Positions 10,060-20,697 are shown, counted from the first letter of the stretch. The stretch is DNA of 64,000 bases from Spirochaetia bacterium (GCA_965208575.1 CBDBOV010000005.1:928001-992000); one strand, 5' to 3'. Numbers and translations: made by a program. The notes: generated by a model not told the origin, from the sequence alone.

Positions 10060-10367
10060 GGGGGCGCCTCCGGTAGCCTGACGCAAATCTGGTTGGCGGG
10101 TAGCATGGCGGTGACCGGCTGCAGGGTAGCCGTGCTACCGCGGAGAGTCCAACCGGGTACCGTGCTGCGGGGGGCGGAATCCGGAGCCGGAGTGCAGGTA
10201 GTGGTTCGCCCGCGACAGGCTCGGCTGTGGCGCAGGCGTTCCACGATGCCGGCGTACGGCACCGACCCGAGATACGGAAGACGATGACCATCGATGTTCA
10301 GGGAGCGCCCGCCGACCGGCACCTGCGCGCCGTGCACGCACCCGACGGGCAGGCGTGCACCAAGCGG

Positions 10368-11114
10368 GTGCGTGTGCCGCTGGTCGCGGCCGCGTGGTGG
10401 TGGCTGTTGTCGGTATCGGTCGCGGCCGGTGCCTTGTACGGCGACGAGGTACGGGTCGCGGCGGCGGCGAATTTCTCCTCCGCGGCGCGCGAGATAGGGG
10501 AGTTGTTCGCGGACGCCACCGGTCATGAGGTGCTGCTGAGCTTCGGATCGAGCGGACAACTGTATGCGCAGATCACGCAGGGGGCGCCGTTCGACGTGTT
10601 TCTCGCCGCTGACGGGAGCTATCCGCGGCGCGCGGTGCAGGACGGCCACGCGGTGACCGGCAGCGTCTTTGCCTACGCCACGGGACGGCTGGTGTTGTTC
10701 AGCGCCGATCCCGGCCGGGTCACCGGGCGCGCCAGCTTGGCGGAGGGCGAGTTCACGCGGCTGGCGATCGCCAACCCGGAGCTGGCCCCGTATGGCGCGG
10801 CCGCCGTCGAGGTGCTGGAGGCGCTTGGCCTCGCCGACCGGTTGCAGCCCACGCTGGTGCGCGGCAACAACGTGGCGCAGGCCTACCAGTTCGTGGTTAC
10901 CGGCAACGCCGAGCTGGGTTTCGTGGCCCTGGCGCAGGTGATCGGCCACAAGCATGGCTCGCGCTGGGTCGTGCCGCGGGAATTGCACTCCCCGATCGCC
11001 CAGGACGCGGTGCTGCTGGCGCGTGCCTCGGCCAGCGAAGCGGCGGCGGCGTTCCTGGCGTTTCTGCGCGGGCCGGAAGCGGCCGCGGTACTGGCGCGGT
11101 ACGGGTACGAATGA
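10368..11114 (+). CDS. modA: Molybdate ABC transporter substrate-binding protein
   Basis: [42 protein letters not shown]; overlaps modB start. Start uncertain (ORF from 10227). Confidence 0.92.
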   Translation: MRVPLVAAAWWWLLSVSVAAGALYGDEVRVAAAANFSSAAREIGELFADATGHEVLLSFGSSGQLYAQITQGAPFDVFLAADGSYPRRAVQDGHAVTGSVFAYATGRLVLFSADPGRVTGRASLAEGEFTRLAIANPELAPYGAAAVEVLEALGLADRLQPTLVRGNNVAQAYQFVVTGNAELGFVALAQVIGHKHGSRWVVPRELHSPIAQDAVLLARASASEAAAAFLAFLRGPEAAAVLARYGYE

Positions 11115-11788
11115 GCGCCGCCCTGTGGCCGCCGATCGTGCTGACGCTGCAACTTGCGTCGGTCACCACCGTGATTCTGCTGGCGGTGGGCACGCCGATC
11201 GCCTGGTGGCTGGCGCGCTCGCCGCACCGCTGGAAGGAGGCGGTGGCCGCGGTGGTGGCGCTGCCGCTGGTGCTGCCGCCGACCGTGCTCGGCTTCTACC
11301 TGCTGATCGCGCTGGGCCCGAACGGGCCGGGCGGCTGGCTGGCGGGCCTGTTCGGCGGGCGGTCGCTGGCGTTCACCTTCACCGGCCTGGTGGTCGGGTC
11401 GGTGTGCTACTCGATGCCGTTCGTGGTGCAACCGATCCGCGACGCGTTCGAGGCGGTGGGCGAGCGCCCGCTGGACGTCGCCGCCACCCTGCGCGCCTCG
11501 CCGTGGGACGCGTTCTGGAGCGTGGCGGTGCCGCTGGCCCGGCCCGGCTTCGTGAGCGGTGCGGTGCTCGGATTCGCACACACGGTCGGCGAGTTCGGGG
11601 TGGTGCTGATGATCGGCGGCAACATCCCGGGCCGCACCCGCGTGCTGTCGGTGGCGGTGTACGAGTTCGTGGAGACGCTGCAATGGCGGGAGGCGCACCT
11701 GCTCGCCGGCGGCATGCTGCTGTTCTCGTTCCTGGTGATCCTGGCGATGCGGCTGCTGGAACGGCGCGCTGTGCGGTGGCGCCCGTGA
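11111..11788 (+). CDS. modB: Molybdate ABC transporter permease
   Basis: [35 protein letters not shown]. Confidence 0.95.
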   Translation: MSAALWPPIVLTLQLASVTTVILLAVGTPIAWWLARSPHRWKEAVAAVVALPLVLPPTVLGFYLLIALGPNGPGGWLAGLFGGRSLAFTFTGLVVGSVCYSMPFVVQPIRDAFEAVGERPLDVAATLRASPWDAFWSVAVPLARPGFVSGAVLGFAHTVGEFGVVLMIGGNIPGRTRVLSVAVYEFVETLQWREAHLLAGGMLLFSFLVILAMRLLERRAVRWRP

Positions 11789-12933
11789 GCGGCCCCTCCG
11801 TGTCCGGCGCGGCCGTGCCCGGCCCCTCCGCGTCCGGCGCGGCCGCGAGCCGCATCGAGGCGGCGTTTGCCGGCACCCTGGGCAGCTTTCGGCTGGACGT
11901 CGCGTTCCGGATCCCCGGCTCCGGGGTGACCGCGGTGTTCGGGCCGTCGGGGAGCGGCAAGACCACGATCCTGCGCGGCATCGCCGGCCTGCAGCGGCTC
12001 GCCGGGCGGTTCCTGATCGGTGGCGAGACCTGGCAGGACGACGGCCGCGGCGTGTTCCGCGCGCCGCACGAGCGGCGCATCGGCTACGTGTTCCAGGAGG
12101 CGAGCCTGTTCCCGCACCTGACCGTTCGCGGCAACCTGCGCTACGCTTCGCGCCGCGCCGCGGTGACGCCGGTGCTGGGGTTCGACGCGGTGGTGGAGAT
12201 GCTGGGCCTGGACTCGCTGCTGGAGCGGGCGCCGGCGGCGCTGTCGGGCGGCGAGCGGCAGCGGGTGGCGGTGGGCCGGGCGCTGTTGTCGCAGCCCCGC
12301 CTGCTGTTGATGGACGAACCGCTTTCCGCCCTGGACCACGGGGCGCGCGAGGAGATCATCTCCTACTTCGAGGTGCTGCACCGCGAGCTGTCGATACCGA
12401 TGCTGTACGTGAGCCACGACTTGGCCGAGGTGGCGCGGCTGGCCGATCACCTGGTGGTGATCTCGGGAGGCACCAGGCTCGCCGATGGACCGGTCGGCGA
12501 GATCCTGGAGCGCCTCGACCTGCATCCCACCGCCGAGCGCTTCGAGGCGGGCGTAGTGCTGGACGCGCGCGTGGTGGCGCACGACCCGCGTTACCACCTG
12601 AGCCGCCTGCGCCATCATCGCCAGGTCATCACGGTGCCGCTGGTCGAGGCGGCGGTGGGCGAGGCGGTGCGCCTGCGTATCCGCGCCCGCGACGTTGCGC
12701 TGGCCACCCGCCGGCCGCGGGCAATCAGCATCCGCAACGTGCTGCCGGGCCACGTGGCGGAACTGCACGGTCAGCCGGGCACCGCCTACGCGGAGGCGCT
12801 GGTGGACATCGGCGGCGCCCGGCTGCGCGCCCGTATCACCCGCGAGGCGGCCGCCGACCTCCGCCTGCGCGCGGGCACGCGCGTTTACGCCCTCGTCAAG
12901 AGCATCTCCTTCGAGCACCCCGCGCCGCGATGA
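11785..12933 (+). CDS. modC: Molybdate ABC transporter ATPase with TOBE domains
   Basis: GTGA overlap with modB stop; [47 protein letters not shown]. Confidence 0.92.
   Translation: MSGPSVSGAAVPGPSASGAAASRIEAAFAGTLGSFRLDVAFRIPGSGVTAVFGPSGSGKTTILRGIAGLQRLAGRFLIGGETWQDDGRGVFRAPHERRIGYVFQEASLFPHLTVRGNLRYASRRAAVTPVLGFDAVVEMLGLDSLLERAPAALSGGERQRVAVGRALLSQPRLLLMDEPLSALDHGAREEIISYFEVLHRELSIPMLYVSHDLAEVARLADHLVVISGGTRLADGPVGEILERLDLHPTAERFEAGVVLDARVVAHDPRYHLSRLRHHRQVITVPLVEAAVGEAVRLRIRARDVALATRRPRAISIRNVLPGHVAELHGQPGTAYAEALVDIGGARLRARITREAAADLRLRAGTRVYALVKSISFEHPAPR
11791..11850 (+). repeat. 2 x 30-bp imperfect tandem duplication in the modC 5' end
   Basis: ggcccctccgtgtccggcgcggccgtgccc / ggcccctccgcgtccggcgcggccgcgagc. 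Confidence 0.8.
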
Positions 12934-12955
12934 GGGAGGGCCGCCGGCTCGCGAG

Positions 12956-14584
12956 TCACGCACCTGCGCCGCGGTCGACCAGCAGGCGGCGCCGGCCCGG
13001 TGGCTGCTCGCGGATCTCCCAGCGGGTGGCGGCGTAGCGGTCCACGAAGTAGCGGTCGTGGGACACCACCACCACCGCGCCGGCGAACTGGTCGAGCGCG
13101 GTCTCGAACCGCTCGCGGGAGTCGATGTCGAGGTGGTTCAGAGGCTCGTCGAGCAGCAGTACCGTCGCTCCGCGCGCCACCAGCAGCGCCAGCGACAGGC
13201 GCGCGCGTTCGCCGTAGCTGAGTTCGGCGATGGGCCGCAGCGCATCGTCGCCGGAGAACAGGAACAGGTGCAGGAACGAGCGCACCTCAGTCTCCGCCGC
13301 CGGCCCGGCGGCGCCGATCGTGGCTACCGCGGTGGCAGTCGGGTCGAGCAACTCCTGCTCCTGCGCCAGGTAACCGACCTGCGCAGACGGCGAGCTCCGT
13401 ACCGCGCCCTGAAGCGGCGGCAGCGCGCCGGCCAGCGTGCGCAGCAGGGTGGTCTTGCCGCTGCCGTTGGCGCCGAGCAGGGCGACGCGCTCCCGCCCGC
13501 CGAGTTCGACGCTGACACCCTCCAGCAGGGGCGCTCCGGGCGCGTAGCCCAGGGCCGCGTCGGTCAGCTCCAGCACCCGGTCGCTGCCCGCGGCACCGCC
13601 GAACTCCACCTTCAGGCGCCAGCTCGCGGCGGGCCGTTCGGCGCGCTCCGGAGCGGCCTCGAACCGTCGCAGCCTGGTTTCGCGGGCGCTCGCCTTGCGG
13701 GCCACCTTCTTGGCCAGCCGGCGCACGTTTGGCTGGCTGGGGGTGGTGCTGCGCTCGACGCGGCGCGCCTGCTCCCTGGTGCGCGCGATGTCGTGACGCA
13801 TCCTGCGAATCTCCGCCTGCTCGTGCACATAGCGGCTGCGCTGCCGCTCCAGAGCCGCGGCGAGCTGTGCGGCGTAGGCCGAGTAGTTGCCGGGGTAGCG
13901 GGTAACGGTGCCCCGGCGCGCGTCCACCGCCAGGATCTCGGTGGCGACCCGGTCGAGGAACGCACGATCATGAGAGACGAAGAGCACGCCGCCGGGAAAC
14001 TCGATCAGAGCGTCCGCGAGCAGGCCGAGGGCTTCGTCGTCGAGGTGATTGGTCGGCTCGTCGAGGATCAGGAAGTCGGGTGCGCGGGCGAGCTCCCGGC
14101 ACAAGCCCAGCTTGAGCCGCTGCCCGCCGCTGAGCCGTTCGATCGGCGTTTCCGGGTCGAGGCCGTCCAGGCCCCAGCGGCGCAGCGCGTCGGGTGACCA
14201 CGAGTCGGCCGCCACCAGCCGGTCCAGCGCGGCGCCGTAGGCCGCTTCCGCCGCCGCGTCGCCGGGCGCCTCCGCAAGTCGCGCCGCGGCATCCGCCACC
14301 AGCCGCTCCAGGGTGTCGGCGGCGCCGAGCAATGCTCCTACCGAGGAGTCGGACGAATCGTTGCCGCCCTGGTCGAGGTAGCCGAGGGTGAGGCCGGCGG
14401 GCGTCCAACGCACGCTGCCGGCCCGCACCGGATGGCGCCCCTGAACCGCCTCCAGGAGGGTGGACTTGCCGCTGCCGTTGGGGCCGATCAGCGCCGCGCG
14501 GCGGCCGGCATTGACGGTGAACGAGACGTCCCGCAGCAAGTCCTGCGACCCGCGGGATATGGAGACATTGGATACGGTAAGCAC
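12956..14584 (-). CDS. ABC-F family ATPase (ribosome-associated, possibly antibiotic-resistance type)
   Basis: Two NBDs (GPNGSGKS..LSGGQ..LDEPTNHLD; GANGSGKT..LSYGE..LDEPLNHLD), VSHDR twice, long inter-NBD linker, no TM segments. Confidence 0.9.
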   Translation of the reverse strand: MLTVSNVSISRGSQDLLRDVSFTVNAGRRAALIGPNGSGKSTLLEAVQGRHPVRAGSVRWTPAGLTLGYLDQGGNDSSDSSVGALLGAADTLERLVADAAARLAEAPGDAAAEAAYGAALDRLVAADSWSPDALRRWGLDGLDPETPIERLSGGQRLKLGLCRELARAPDFLILDEPTNHLDDEALGLLADALIEFPGGVLFVSHDRAFLDRVATEILAVDARRGTVTRYPGNYSAYAAQLAAALERQRSRYVHEQAEIRRMRHDIARTREQARRVERSTTPSQPNVRRLAKKVARKASARETRLRRFEAAPERAERPAASWRLKVEFGGAAGSDRVLELTDAALGYAPGAPLLEGVSVELGGRERVALLGANGSGKTTLLRTLAGALPPLQGAVRSSPSAQVGYLAQEQELLDPTATAVATIGAAGPAAETEVRSFLHLFLFSGDDALRPIAELSYGERARLSLALLVARGATVLLLDEPLNHLDIDSRERFETALDQFAGAVVVVSHDRYFVDRYAATRWEIREQPPGRRRLLVDRGAGA

Positions 14585-14636
14585 GGAATCCTCCGCGTAG
14601 TGAACGAACGAGGAGCGCCTGCCCGTGGCGCTCTGG

Positions 14637-14657
14637 TTACCGTATCCTGCTGATCAC
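14637..14657 (-). promoter_or_regulatory. Putative leader peptide uORF MISRIR* upstream of ABC-F
   Basis: Minus strand GGAGG-ccgga-GTG ATC AGC AGG ATA CGG TAA, followed by hairpin gagcgcc/ggcgctc and a ctcctc anti-SD before the ABC-F RBS. Confidence 0.5.
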
Positions 14658-14812
14658 TCCGGCCTCCGCGGGCGAGCCTACGTGAGAACGGGACAACATG
14701 CAACGGAAATCGGGCCGCCGGGGCCGCCGGCCCGCCGGGGGACACCGGGCGGCGGAAGTCGCGCCAAGCGACCACCACCGTTCCTGCTATGCTGCGCCGC
14801 ACGAGTAGTTGC

Positions 14813-15514
14813 ATGCCGTTCTCGATCGACCACGTGGTCCCGTGGGGGCGTTCCCTGGAGGAGTATCGCGCGATGTTCTCCCTTTCCAAGAATGACCTGG
14901 CGGGGCGCATCCTGGGTTGCGGGGACGGCCCGGCGAGCTTCAACGCCGAGTTGTCGGCGCGCGGCGGCAGCGTGGTGTCGGTCGATCCGCTGTACCGGTT
15001 TTCCGCCGCCGCCATCGAGCGGCGCGTGCGGCAGACGTTCCCCACCATGATGGCGCAAACCGGTGCCAATCGCGGCGACTTCGTGTGGACCCACGTGCGG
15101 TCGCTGGCGGATCTGGGCCGGCGGCGGATGGCCGCGCTGCGCGGGTTTCTGGCCGACTTCGACGCCGGCAGGCGCTCCGGCCGCTACGTCGACGCCGCGC
15201 TGCCGGTGCTGCCGTTCGCGGACGATGTGTTCGATCTCGCACTGTCGTCGCACTTCCTGTTTCTCTACAGCGCGCAGTTCGACCTCGACTTCCACGTCGC
15301 CGCGCTGCGCGAGATGCTGCGCGTGGCGGGCGAGGTGCGCGTGTTTCCACTACTGCAGATCGGGGGTGCGCCCTCGCCGCACGTGGCCGGCGTGCAGGAG
15401 GCATTCACGGCGCGGGGCGTCAGCGCCACGGTGGAACCGGTGCCGTACGAGTTCCAGCGCGGCGGCGACCGCATGCTGCGCCTGCTTCGCGGCGACACGC
15501 CGGAGTCCGCTTGA
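14813..15514 (+). CDS. SAM-dependent methyltransferase
   Basis: VVPWGRSLEEYRAMF, ILGCGDGPASFN, LPFADDVFDLALSSHFLFLY. Confidence 0.8.
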   Translation: MPFSIDHVVPWGRSLEEYRAMFSLSKNDLAGRILGCGDGPASFNAELSARGGSVVSVDPLYRFSAAAIERRVRQTFPTMMAQTGANRGDFVWTHVRSLADLGRRRMAALRGFLADFDAGRRSGRYVDAALPVLPFADDVFDLALSSHFLFLYSAQFDLDFHVAALREMLRVAGEVRVFPLLQIGGAPSPHVAGVQEAFTARGVSATVEPVPYEFQRGGDRMLRLLRGDTPESA

Positions 15515-15561
15515 CGCGGATTTCGGACTGGTGCAACAGTTTCCGAGGAGAGGAGTTGGCG

Positions 15562-16593
15562 ATGCCGAGCGTGCCTTGGACGGAGTGGAAGACCTGGGAG
15601 AACTGGAAGCGGTTGTGCGGCGCGGAAATCGATGGGCTTGGGCTCACGGACAACCTGCGCGAGCTGGAGGAACGGGGCTACACGGTGCTGGCCCCCGCTC
15701 AGCTCGGCGACCCGGATCTGACCGAGCGCGCCGTCGAGGCGCTCCTGCGGGTTGCCGAGGAACGCACCGGGGTGCGGCCCGACGCCGCCAGCGGCGAATT
15801 CGGCCCCACCCGGCACGCGGGCTCGCACCAACACCAGAGCTGGCTGCAGGGCGGCCTGCTCAGCAAGGATCCGGCGTTCGAACAGATCATCCAGCACCCC
15901 AAGACCCTGCCGTTGATCGAGTACTTCCTCGGCCCGGGGATCCTGCTGTCGGCGTTCAACGCCCTGATCAAGCGGCGCGACCCGGCGATTTCACCGGCCG
16001 GCGGCACGGTCGGCGGCGGCTTCCATACCGATGTGCACCTGTACCCGTTCGAGCCGCTGCCCGACCCTCCCATGGTGTTCAACACCAACTGGTGCCTGAC
16101 CGAATACACGCGCGACGACGGCTGCCTGGCGGTGGTGCCGGAGTCGCACAAGCTGCGCCGCAACGCGCAGCCCGGCGAGGCCGAGAAGCTGGCGGTGCCG
16201 GTCGAGGCGCCGGCCGGCTCGGTAATCGTATTCCACGGCAACCTGTGGCACGGCTCATTCCCGCGGCTCACTCCGGGATTGCGGCTCACGGTCACGGCGT
16301 TCTACAGCGCCCACTATTGCCGTCCCCAGGAACATTTCCCGGGCCAGGTAACCGACGAGAGCGTGGCCCGCAACGGCGAGCGGTTCCGGCAACTGGTCAA
16401 CCTGCAGGACATCTGGGGCATCGAGACCGAGGGCGACCACGGCGTGCCCCGCTGGGAGCGCGGCACCGGCGTCACCCTACGCCAGGTGCAGGAGGGCACC
16501 GTCACCCATCACGGGCGGACCTACCGCGTCGAAGACGACGACACCATTACCGAGCACGCGGCCGGCAGACCGCGCTACGTCCCGGTCGACTGA
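15562..16593 (+). CDS. Phytanoyl-CoA dioxygenase (PhyH) family Fe(II)/2OG oxygenase
   Basis: RBS gaggagaggag; FHTD, GCLAVVPESH, PAGSVIVFHGNLWHG. Confidence 0.85.
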   Translation: MPSVPWTEWKTWENWKRLCGAEIDGLGLTDNLRELEERGYTVLAPAQLGDPDLTERAVEALLRVAEERTGVRPDAASGEFGPTRHAGSHQHQSWLQGGLLSKDPAFEQIIQHPKTLPLIEYFLGPGILLSAFNALIKRRDPAISPAGGTVGGGFHTDVHLYPFEPLPDPPMVFNTNWCLTEYTRDDGCLAVVPESHKLRRNAQPGEAEKLAVPVEAPAGSVIVFHGNLWHGSFPRLTPGLRLTVTAFYSAHYCRPQEHFPGQVTDESVARNGERFRQLVNLQDIWGIETEGDHGVPRWERGTGVTLRQVQEGTVTHHGRTYRVEDDDTITEHAAGRPRYVPVD

Positions 16594-16841
16594 CGTCCCT
16601 GCGCAGGCCCCGCGTCACGATCAGCGGCGGCGAGAATCCGACGGCGCGCCTCCGCCCACGGGACCGTCTTGGCGATCCCGTTATCCAGCCGGTGCAGGCG
16701 CCGCTGAATCTCGACGGACCACGCCGCTTCGACATCTTCGTCGATTTGTGGGTCGAGGCTCTCGATCAACTGCCCAGCGAGCGCGCCGCGTTCCTCGGCA
16801 GAGAGCTGGAGTGCTTGGGCGAGCAACTGCCTGTGGTTCAT
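16575..16841 (-). CDS. Putative addiction-module antitoxin component (orphan)
   Basis: ALQLSAEERGALAGQLIESLD..DVEAAWSVEIQRR..TVPWAEARRRI pattern; no toxin ORF follows. Confidence 0.75.
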   Translation of the reverse strand: MNHRQLLAQALQLSAEERGALAGQLIESLDPQIDEDVEAAWSVEIQRRLHRLDNGIAKTVPWAEARRRILAAADRDAGPAQGRQSTGT

Positions 16842-16921
16842 CGCAACAAGATTAGCACGCAAACCCGCTGACCGTCCGAGTCTCCAGATTCACCGCCAGC
16901 CGATCCCTCTTCACCGCCCTT

Positions 16922-17848
16922 CTATCCCGGCTTGGCGGCGGCGCCGAGGCGGCCGGTACCGCCCCGGAGGCGGGGATCGAGCAGGTCGCGCACCGCGTCG
17001 CCGAGCATGTTGAGGCCGTACACCGTTACGGTCAGGCACAGGCCCGGCAGCAGCGCCAGGTGCGGCGCCAGCTCCATGTAGCTGCGCCCCTCGCGGCTGA
17101 GCATGTCGCCCCAGCTCGGAATCTCGCGCGGCAGGCCGAAGCCGAGGAAGCTCAGCGACGCCTCGCTGATGATCACCCCGCCGATGTTGATGCTGAAGAT
17201 GATGATGATGAGCGGGGTGGTGTTGGGCAGGACATGGCGGAACAGCGTGCGCGCCTTCGAGGAGCCGACCGACTCCGCCGCCTGAAAGTAGGCGCTCTCC
17301 TTGATGCCGATGACCGCGCCCCTGATGATCCGGGAGCCGGGGATGCCGCCGGCTACCCCCAGCACCACGATGGTCTGCGCCAGGCCCTGACCGACCACGG
17401 ACATGATGGTGAGCAGCAGGAGCAGGCCCGGGAACGCGATCCACGCATCCACGAAGCGCTGCACCATCAGGTCCACCTTGCCGCCCAGGAACCCGGAGGT
17501 GCCGCCGATCAGGAACGCCACCGCAATGTTGATCGCGGTGGCGGACAGACCCACCGCCAGCGACAGGCGGGCGCCGAAGATGAGGCGGCTCAACAGGTCG
17601 CGGCCCACCTGGTCGGTACCGAGCAGATACTGCGCCGACGGCCCCTGCAGCCGGTCCGCCAGGTGCACTTCATCGAACGGGTAGGGGGAGATGACGTCGG
17701 CAAACAGGGCGACGGCGATCAGCAGCAGCACGATGGCGCCGCCGACCACGCCGAGCGGCTTCTCGCGCACCAGCCGGACCACGAACTGGACGGGCCGGCT
17801 GCGCCGTCCAAGCCGGGCCGCCGCCGGCCGCGCCCCCGGCTCAGCCAT
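16922..17848 (-). CDS. Peptide/nickel ABC permease (DppC/OppC-like)
   Basis: LLGTDQVGRDLLSRLIFGAR, EASLSFLGFG, SWGDML, LGDAVRDLLDPR. Confidence 0.9.
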   Translation of the reverse strand: MAEPGARPAAARLGRRSRPVQFVVRLVREKPLGVVGGAIVLLLIAVALFADVISPYPFDEVHLADRLQGPSAQYLLGTDQVGRDLLSRLIFGARLSLAVGLSATAINIAVAFLIGGTSGFLGGKVDLMVQRFVDAWIAFPGLLLLLTIMSVVGQGLAQTIVVLGVAGGIPGSRIIRGAVIGIKESAYFQAAESVGSSKARTLFRHVLPNTTPLIIIIFSINIGGVIISEASLSFLGFGLPREIPSWGDMLSREGRSYMELAPHLALLPGLCLTVTVYGLNMLGDAVRDLLDPRLRGGTGRLGAAAKPG

Positions 17849-18794
17849 GGCGGACCCGCGGATCCAGGTACGGATAGATCAGGTCGATCAGCAGGTTGAA
17901 CACCGCCACCGCGACCGCAAAGAACAGGTTCACCGCCGAGATCACCGGGTAGTCGCGTTCCTGGAGGGCGGTCACCATCAGCCGGCCGAGCCCCGGCAGG
18001 TTGAAGATGTTCTCCATGATCACCGACCCGCCCACCAGCAGCGGCAGCGACAAGCCGATGCCGGTCACCACCGGGATCATGGCGTTCTTGACCGCGTGCC
18101 TGACCACCACGAGCCGCTCCTTGAGCCCCTTGGCCCAGGCGGTCCTGATGTAGTCCTGCCGCAGCACCTCCAGCATCATGGTGCGCGTCAGCCGCATCGT
18201 GTGCGCCGACATCGCGGTGCCCAGGATCAGGGCGGGGACGAGCAGAATGCCGAGGTTCGCCGACGGATCTTCGGCCAGCGGAACGTACTCCAGCGGCGGA
18301 GTCCAGCCCCACCAGATCGCCGGGTAGATCATCACCATGGTGCCCAGCCAGAAGTTGGGCGTGGCCAGGCCGATCACGGCAACGCTGCGTCCCACGAAGT
18401 CACCCAACTGGTCCTGGCGAATCGCCGAGTAGACGCCGACCGGCAGCGCAATCACCAGCGCAATCGCAATCGACAGAAGGCCGAGCTCCGCGGTTACCGG
18501 CAACTTGGCCAGGATCCGCTCTTCTATCGGAGCAGCTCCCCCAAACAGTGACTCGCCAAAGGTGCCGCGCAGGAGAATCCCGCTGATCCAGCGGCCGTAC
18601 TGTACGTGCAGCGGTACGTCGAGTCCGAGACTGCGCAGCAGCTCTTCACGGTCGATGTCGAACAACTCCAGCCTGATCACCATCGCATCGATGGCATCGC
18701 CGGGAATGAAGCGCACCGTGAGAAACACGATCATCGTCAGGATGAGCAAGGTTGGGATCATCAGCAGCAGTCGCCTGATCATGTACGCCTTCAT
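17841..18794 (-). CDS. Peptide/nickel ABC permease (DppB/OppB-like)
   Basis: YMIRRLLLMIPTL, PNFWLG, MLEVLRQDYIRTAWAKG, ENIFNLPGLG, YLDPRV. Confidence 0.9.
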   Translation of the reverse strand: MKAYMIRRLLLMIPTLLILTMIVFLTVRFIPGDAIDAMVIRLELFDIDREELLRSLGLDVPLHVQYGRWISGILLRGTFGESLFGGAAPIEERILAKLPVTAELGLLSIAIALVIALPVGVYSAIRQDQLGDFVGRSVAVIGLATPNFWLGTMVMIYPAIWWGWTPPLEYVPLAEDPSANLGILLVPALILGTAMSAHTMRLTRTMMLEVLRQDYIRTAWAKGLKERLVVVRHAVKNAMIPVVTGIGLSLPLLVGGSVIMENIFNLPGLGRLMVTALQERDYPVISAVNLFFAVAVAVFNLLIDLIYPYLDPRVRHG

Positions 18795-18813
18795 GCCACT
18801 CCTCTCAACAAAC

Positions 18814-18845
18814 GGGGGCTGGCAAGCTCGCGCCTCCCAGCCCCC
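18814..18845. terminator. Stem-loop between SBP and permease genes
   Basis: gggggctgg..ccagccccc; a second small hairpin aggggc-gat-gcccct at about 18867-18881. Confidence 0.4.
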
Positions 18846-18897
18846 TCGCATCCATGGGGCCAGTGCAGGGGCGATGCCCCTTCTGACCGCCTATTTC

Positions 18898-20697
18898 CTA
18901 GTGTCCCATCTCCTGCTTCAGAGCGGAGTCGATCCAGATGCGGGCGAAGAGCTGCGCGTAACGCTGCTGAAAGCCGAGGAAGTACTCACCGTTGTAGCCC
19001 ACCACCCATGGATGTACCGCATTGAATGCCGGCACTTTGAAGAACCAGATGTGATACTGGTTCGCAATCACATTCTGGTCGGCCTCCTTGATCAGCCGTT
19101 GCTGCTCCTCCCAGGTCGTTGCCTGCTCGGCGGCTTCGATCAAACTGTCCAGGTGCGGATCCCGAATCCCCGGTTGGTTGTAGCCTCCTTCCGAGTGAGC
19201 CCAGGAGCGCATGACAAGGGTGGGGCTTCTGTCGTAGCCCATGTAGGCCGAGATCATGCCCGATTCGTAGGTATGCTCGCGTATGCTGGCGCCGTGCGCA
19301 GCCCGGTCACTGGGTGTCTGTATCTCAACGTCGACGCCGATCGCCTCCCAATAGGAGGCGGCGATGTCGCTGAGGGCGGGATCGCTGAAGTAGTTTTCAC
19401 TCGCCAGCGTGGTCCGGAATCTCACCCCGTCCTCACCGCGTGGAAGCCCAGCCTCCTCGAGAAGCTGCTCGGCACCCTCGGGATTGTACCTGTAGCCCTC
19501 CTTCACCTCCTCGGGCCACTCGTCGAATGGAATGAAATAGTCCACGGCGCCATCCCCGATCAGGCCCTGTGGTTTCCACTTCGCCCAACCATCGAAGTAG
19601 GAGCCATTGATCGTCTCCAGGTCGAGCGCCATCTGCATCGCCCTGCGCACGCGGATGTCGTCGAATGGCTCCTTGTCGATGTCCATGGCGAAGCTCGTTG
19701 CATTCGAGCGATACGAATACGGCAGGAAGGCCATTTCCGAGTTGGTCTGCGACAGGGCCCTCATCTGGTCGATCGTTATTGCCGTGTCGCCGCTCCAACC
19801 GAGGTAATCGACCTTGCCGGTGCGCAGCGCCGAAATGCGCGTTGCCGCATCTGGCATGATCAGCGCCCTGATCTCATCGACGTAGGGCAGGCGGTTGTCC
19901 GGGAACTTCTCGTCGAAGCCCCAGTAGTTCGCATTCTTGGTCCAGGTGGCGGAGGTGTCCTCGACGTAGCCGGTGAGCTCGAAGGGACCGGTGCCGACCA
20001 GCAGCTTCCAATCGTCGATGCCACCGTGTTCTTCGATTACCTCCGGCGGCATGATGTGATTGGGGTAGTCGTCCAGAAGCGCCGCCAGCGCGGTAAGCTG
20101 CGGTTTGTGCAGCTTGAAGACGACCGTCCAGTCGTCGGTTGCCGTGACCGATTCGATCGGCAGTGTCTTGTACTGGCTGATGGGTCCGGCTTCGGCCCAC
20201 TTGCCCAGTCCCAGGTAGCGGTGGAAGTTGTAGACGATGTCATCGGGGGTCAGCTCGCGACCGTTCATCGGCTCCTTGTCGTGCCAGTGCACGCCCCTGC
20301 GGATGGGGAAGATGATCGTGGTCTCGTCGGGCTGTTCCCAGCCCTCGGCCAGTTGCCCTCGCATCGCCCACACCGGTGTCGGGCGGCTCTTGTGGTTGTA
20401 GACGCTCCGCTCGATCCCCCAGTCCGCAATCGACAGCATCTCCGTGACGCCGCCCTGTATCGGGTCGCCGTGGCGAGTGGGATAATTGTCGATCTTGGTC
20501 TGCAGGTTCTGCCAGACGTAAGTGAACGTGCCGCCGTACTCCGGCGCGGATAGCTGCGTGCCGGTGGTGGGGTCGATCACCTACTCCTTCTCGGCTGCTG
20601 CCGCCTGCTCCCCTTCGCCGGTGGCCCACAGGCCGGTTGCGGTCAAGACGAGTACCAGCGCGAGCGCGAAGGTCAGTCGGATTATTGCAACATTCAT
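18898..20697 (-). pseudogene. Family 5 ABC substrate-binding protein interrupted by an in-frame TAG after the signal peptide
   Basis: ATG at 20697: MNVAIIRLTFALALVLVLTATGLWATGEGEQAAAAEKE*(20581-20583)VIDPTTG..PEYGGT; the rest (18898..20580) is an intact SBP_bac_5 ORF. Confidence 0.75.

Noticed and set aside
7532-10291. 919-aa ORF as one giant methyltransferase fusion
   Set aside because: Only the last 235 aa are protein-like; the rest is an alternate frame over the ABC-class ATPase.
10087-10367. Moco riboswitch or ModE box
   Set aside because: Consensus elements were not recognisable by eye; only a generic stem-loop is reported.
20581-20583. Pyrrolysine or genome-wide amber recoding
   Set aside because: No pyl genes are seen and TAG is a normal stop for many genes here (e.g. 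zwf, sulfatase, SBP at 39912).
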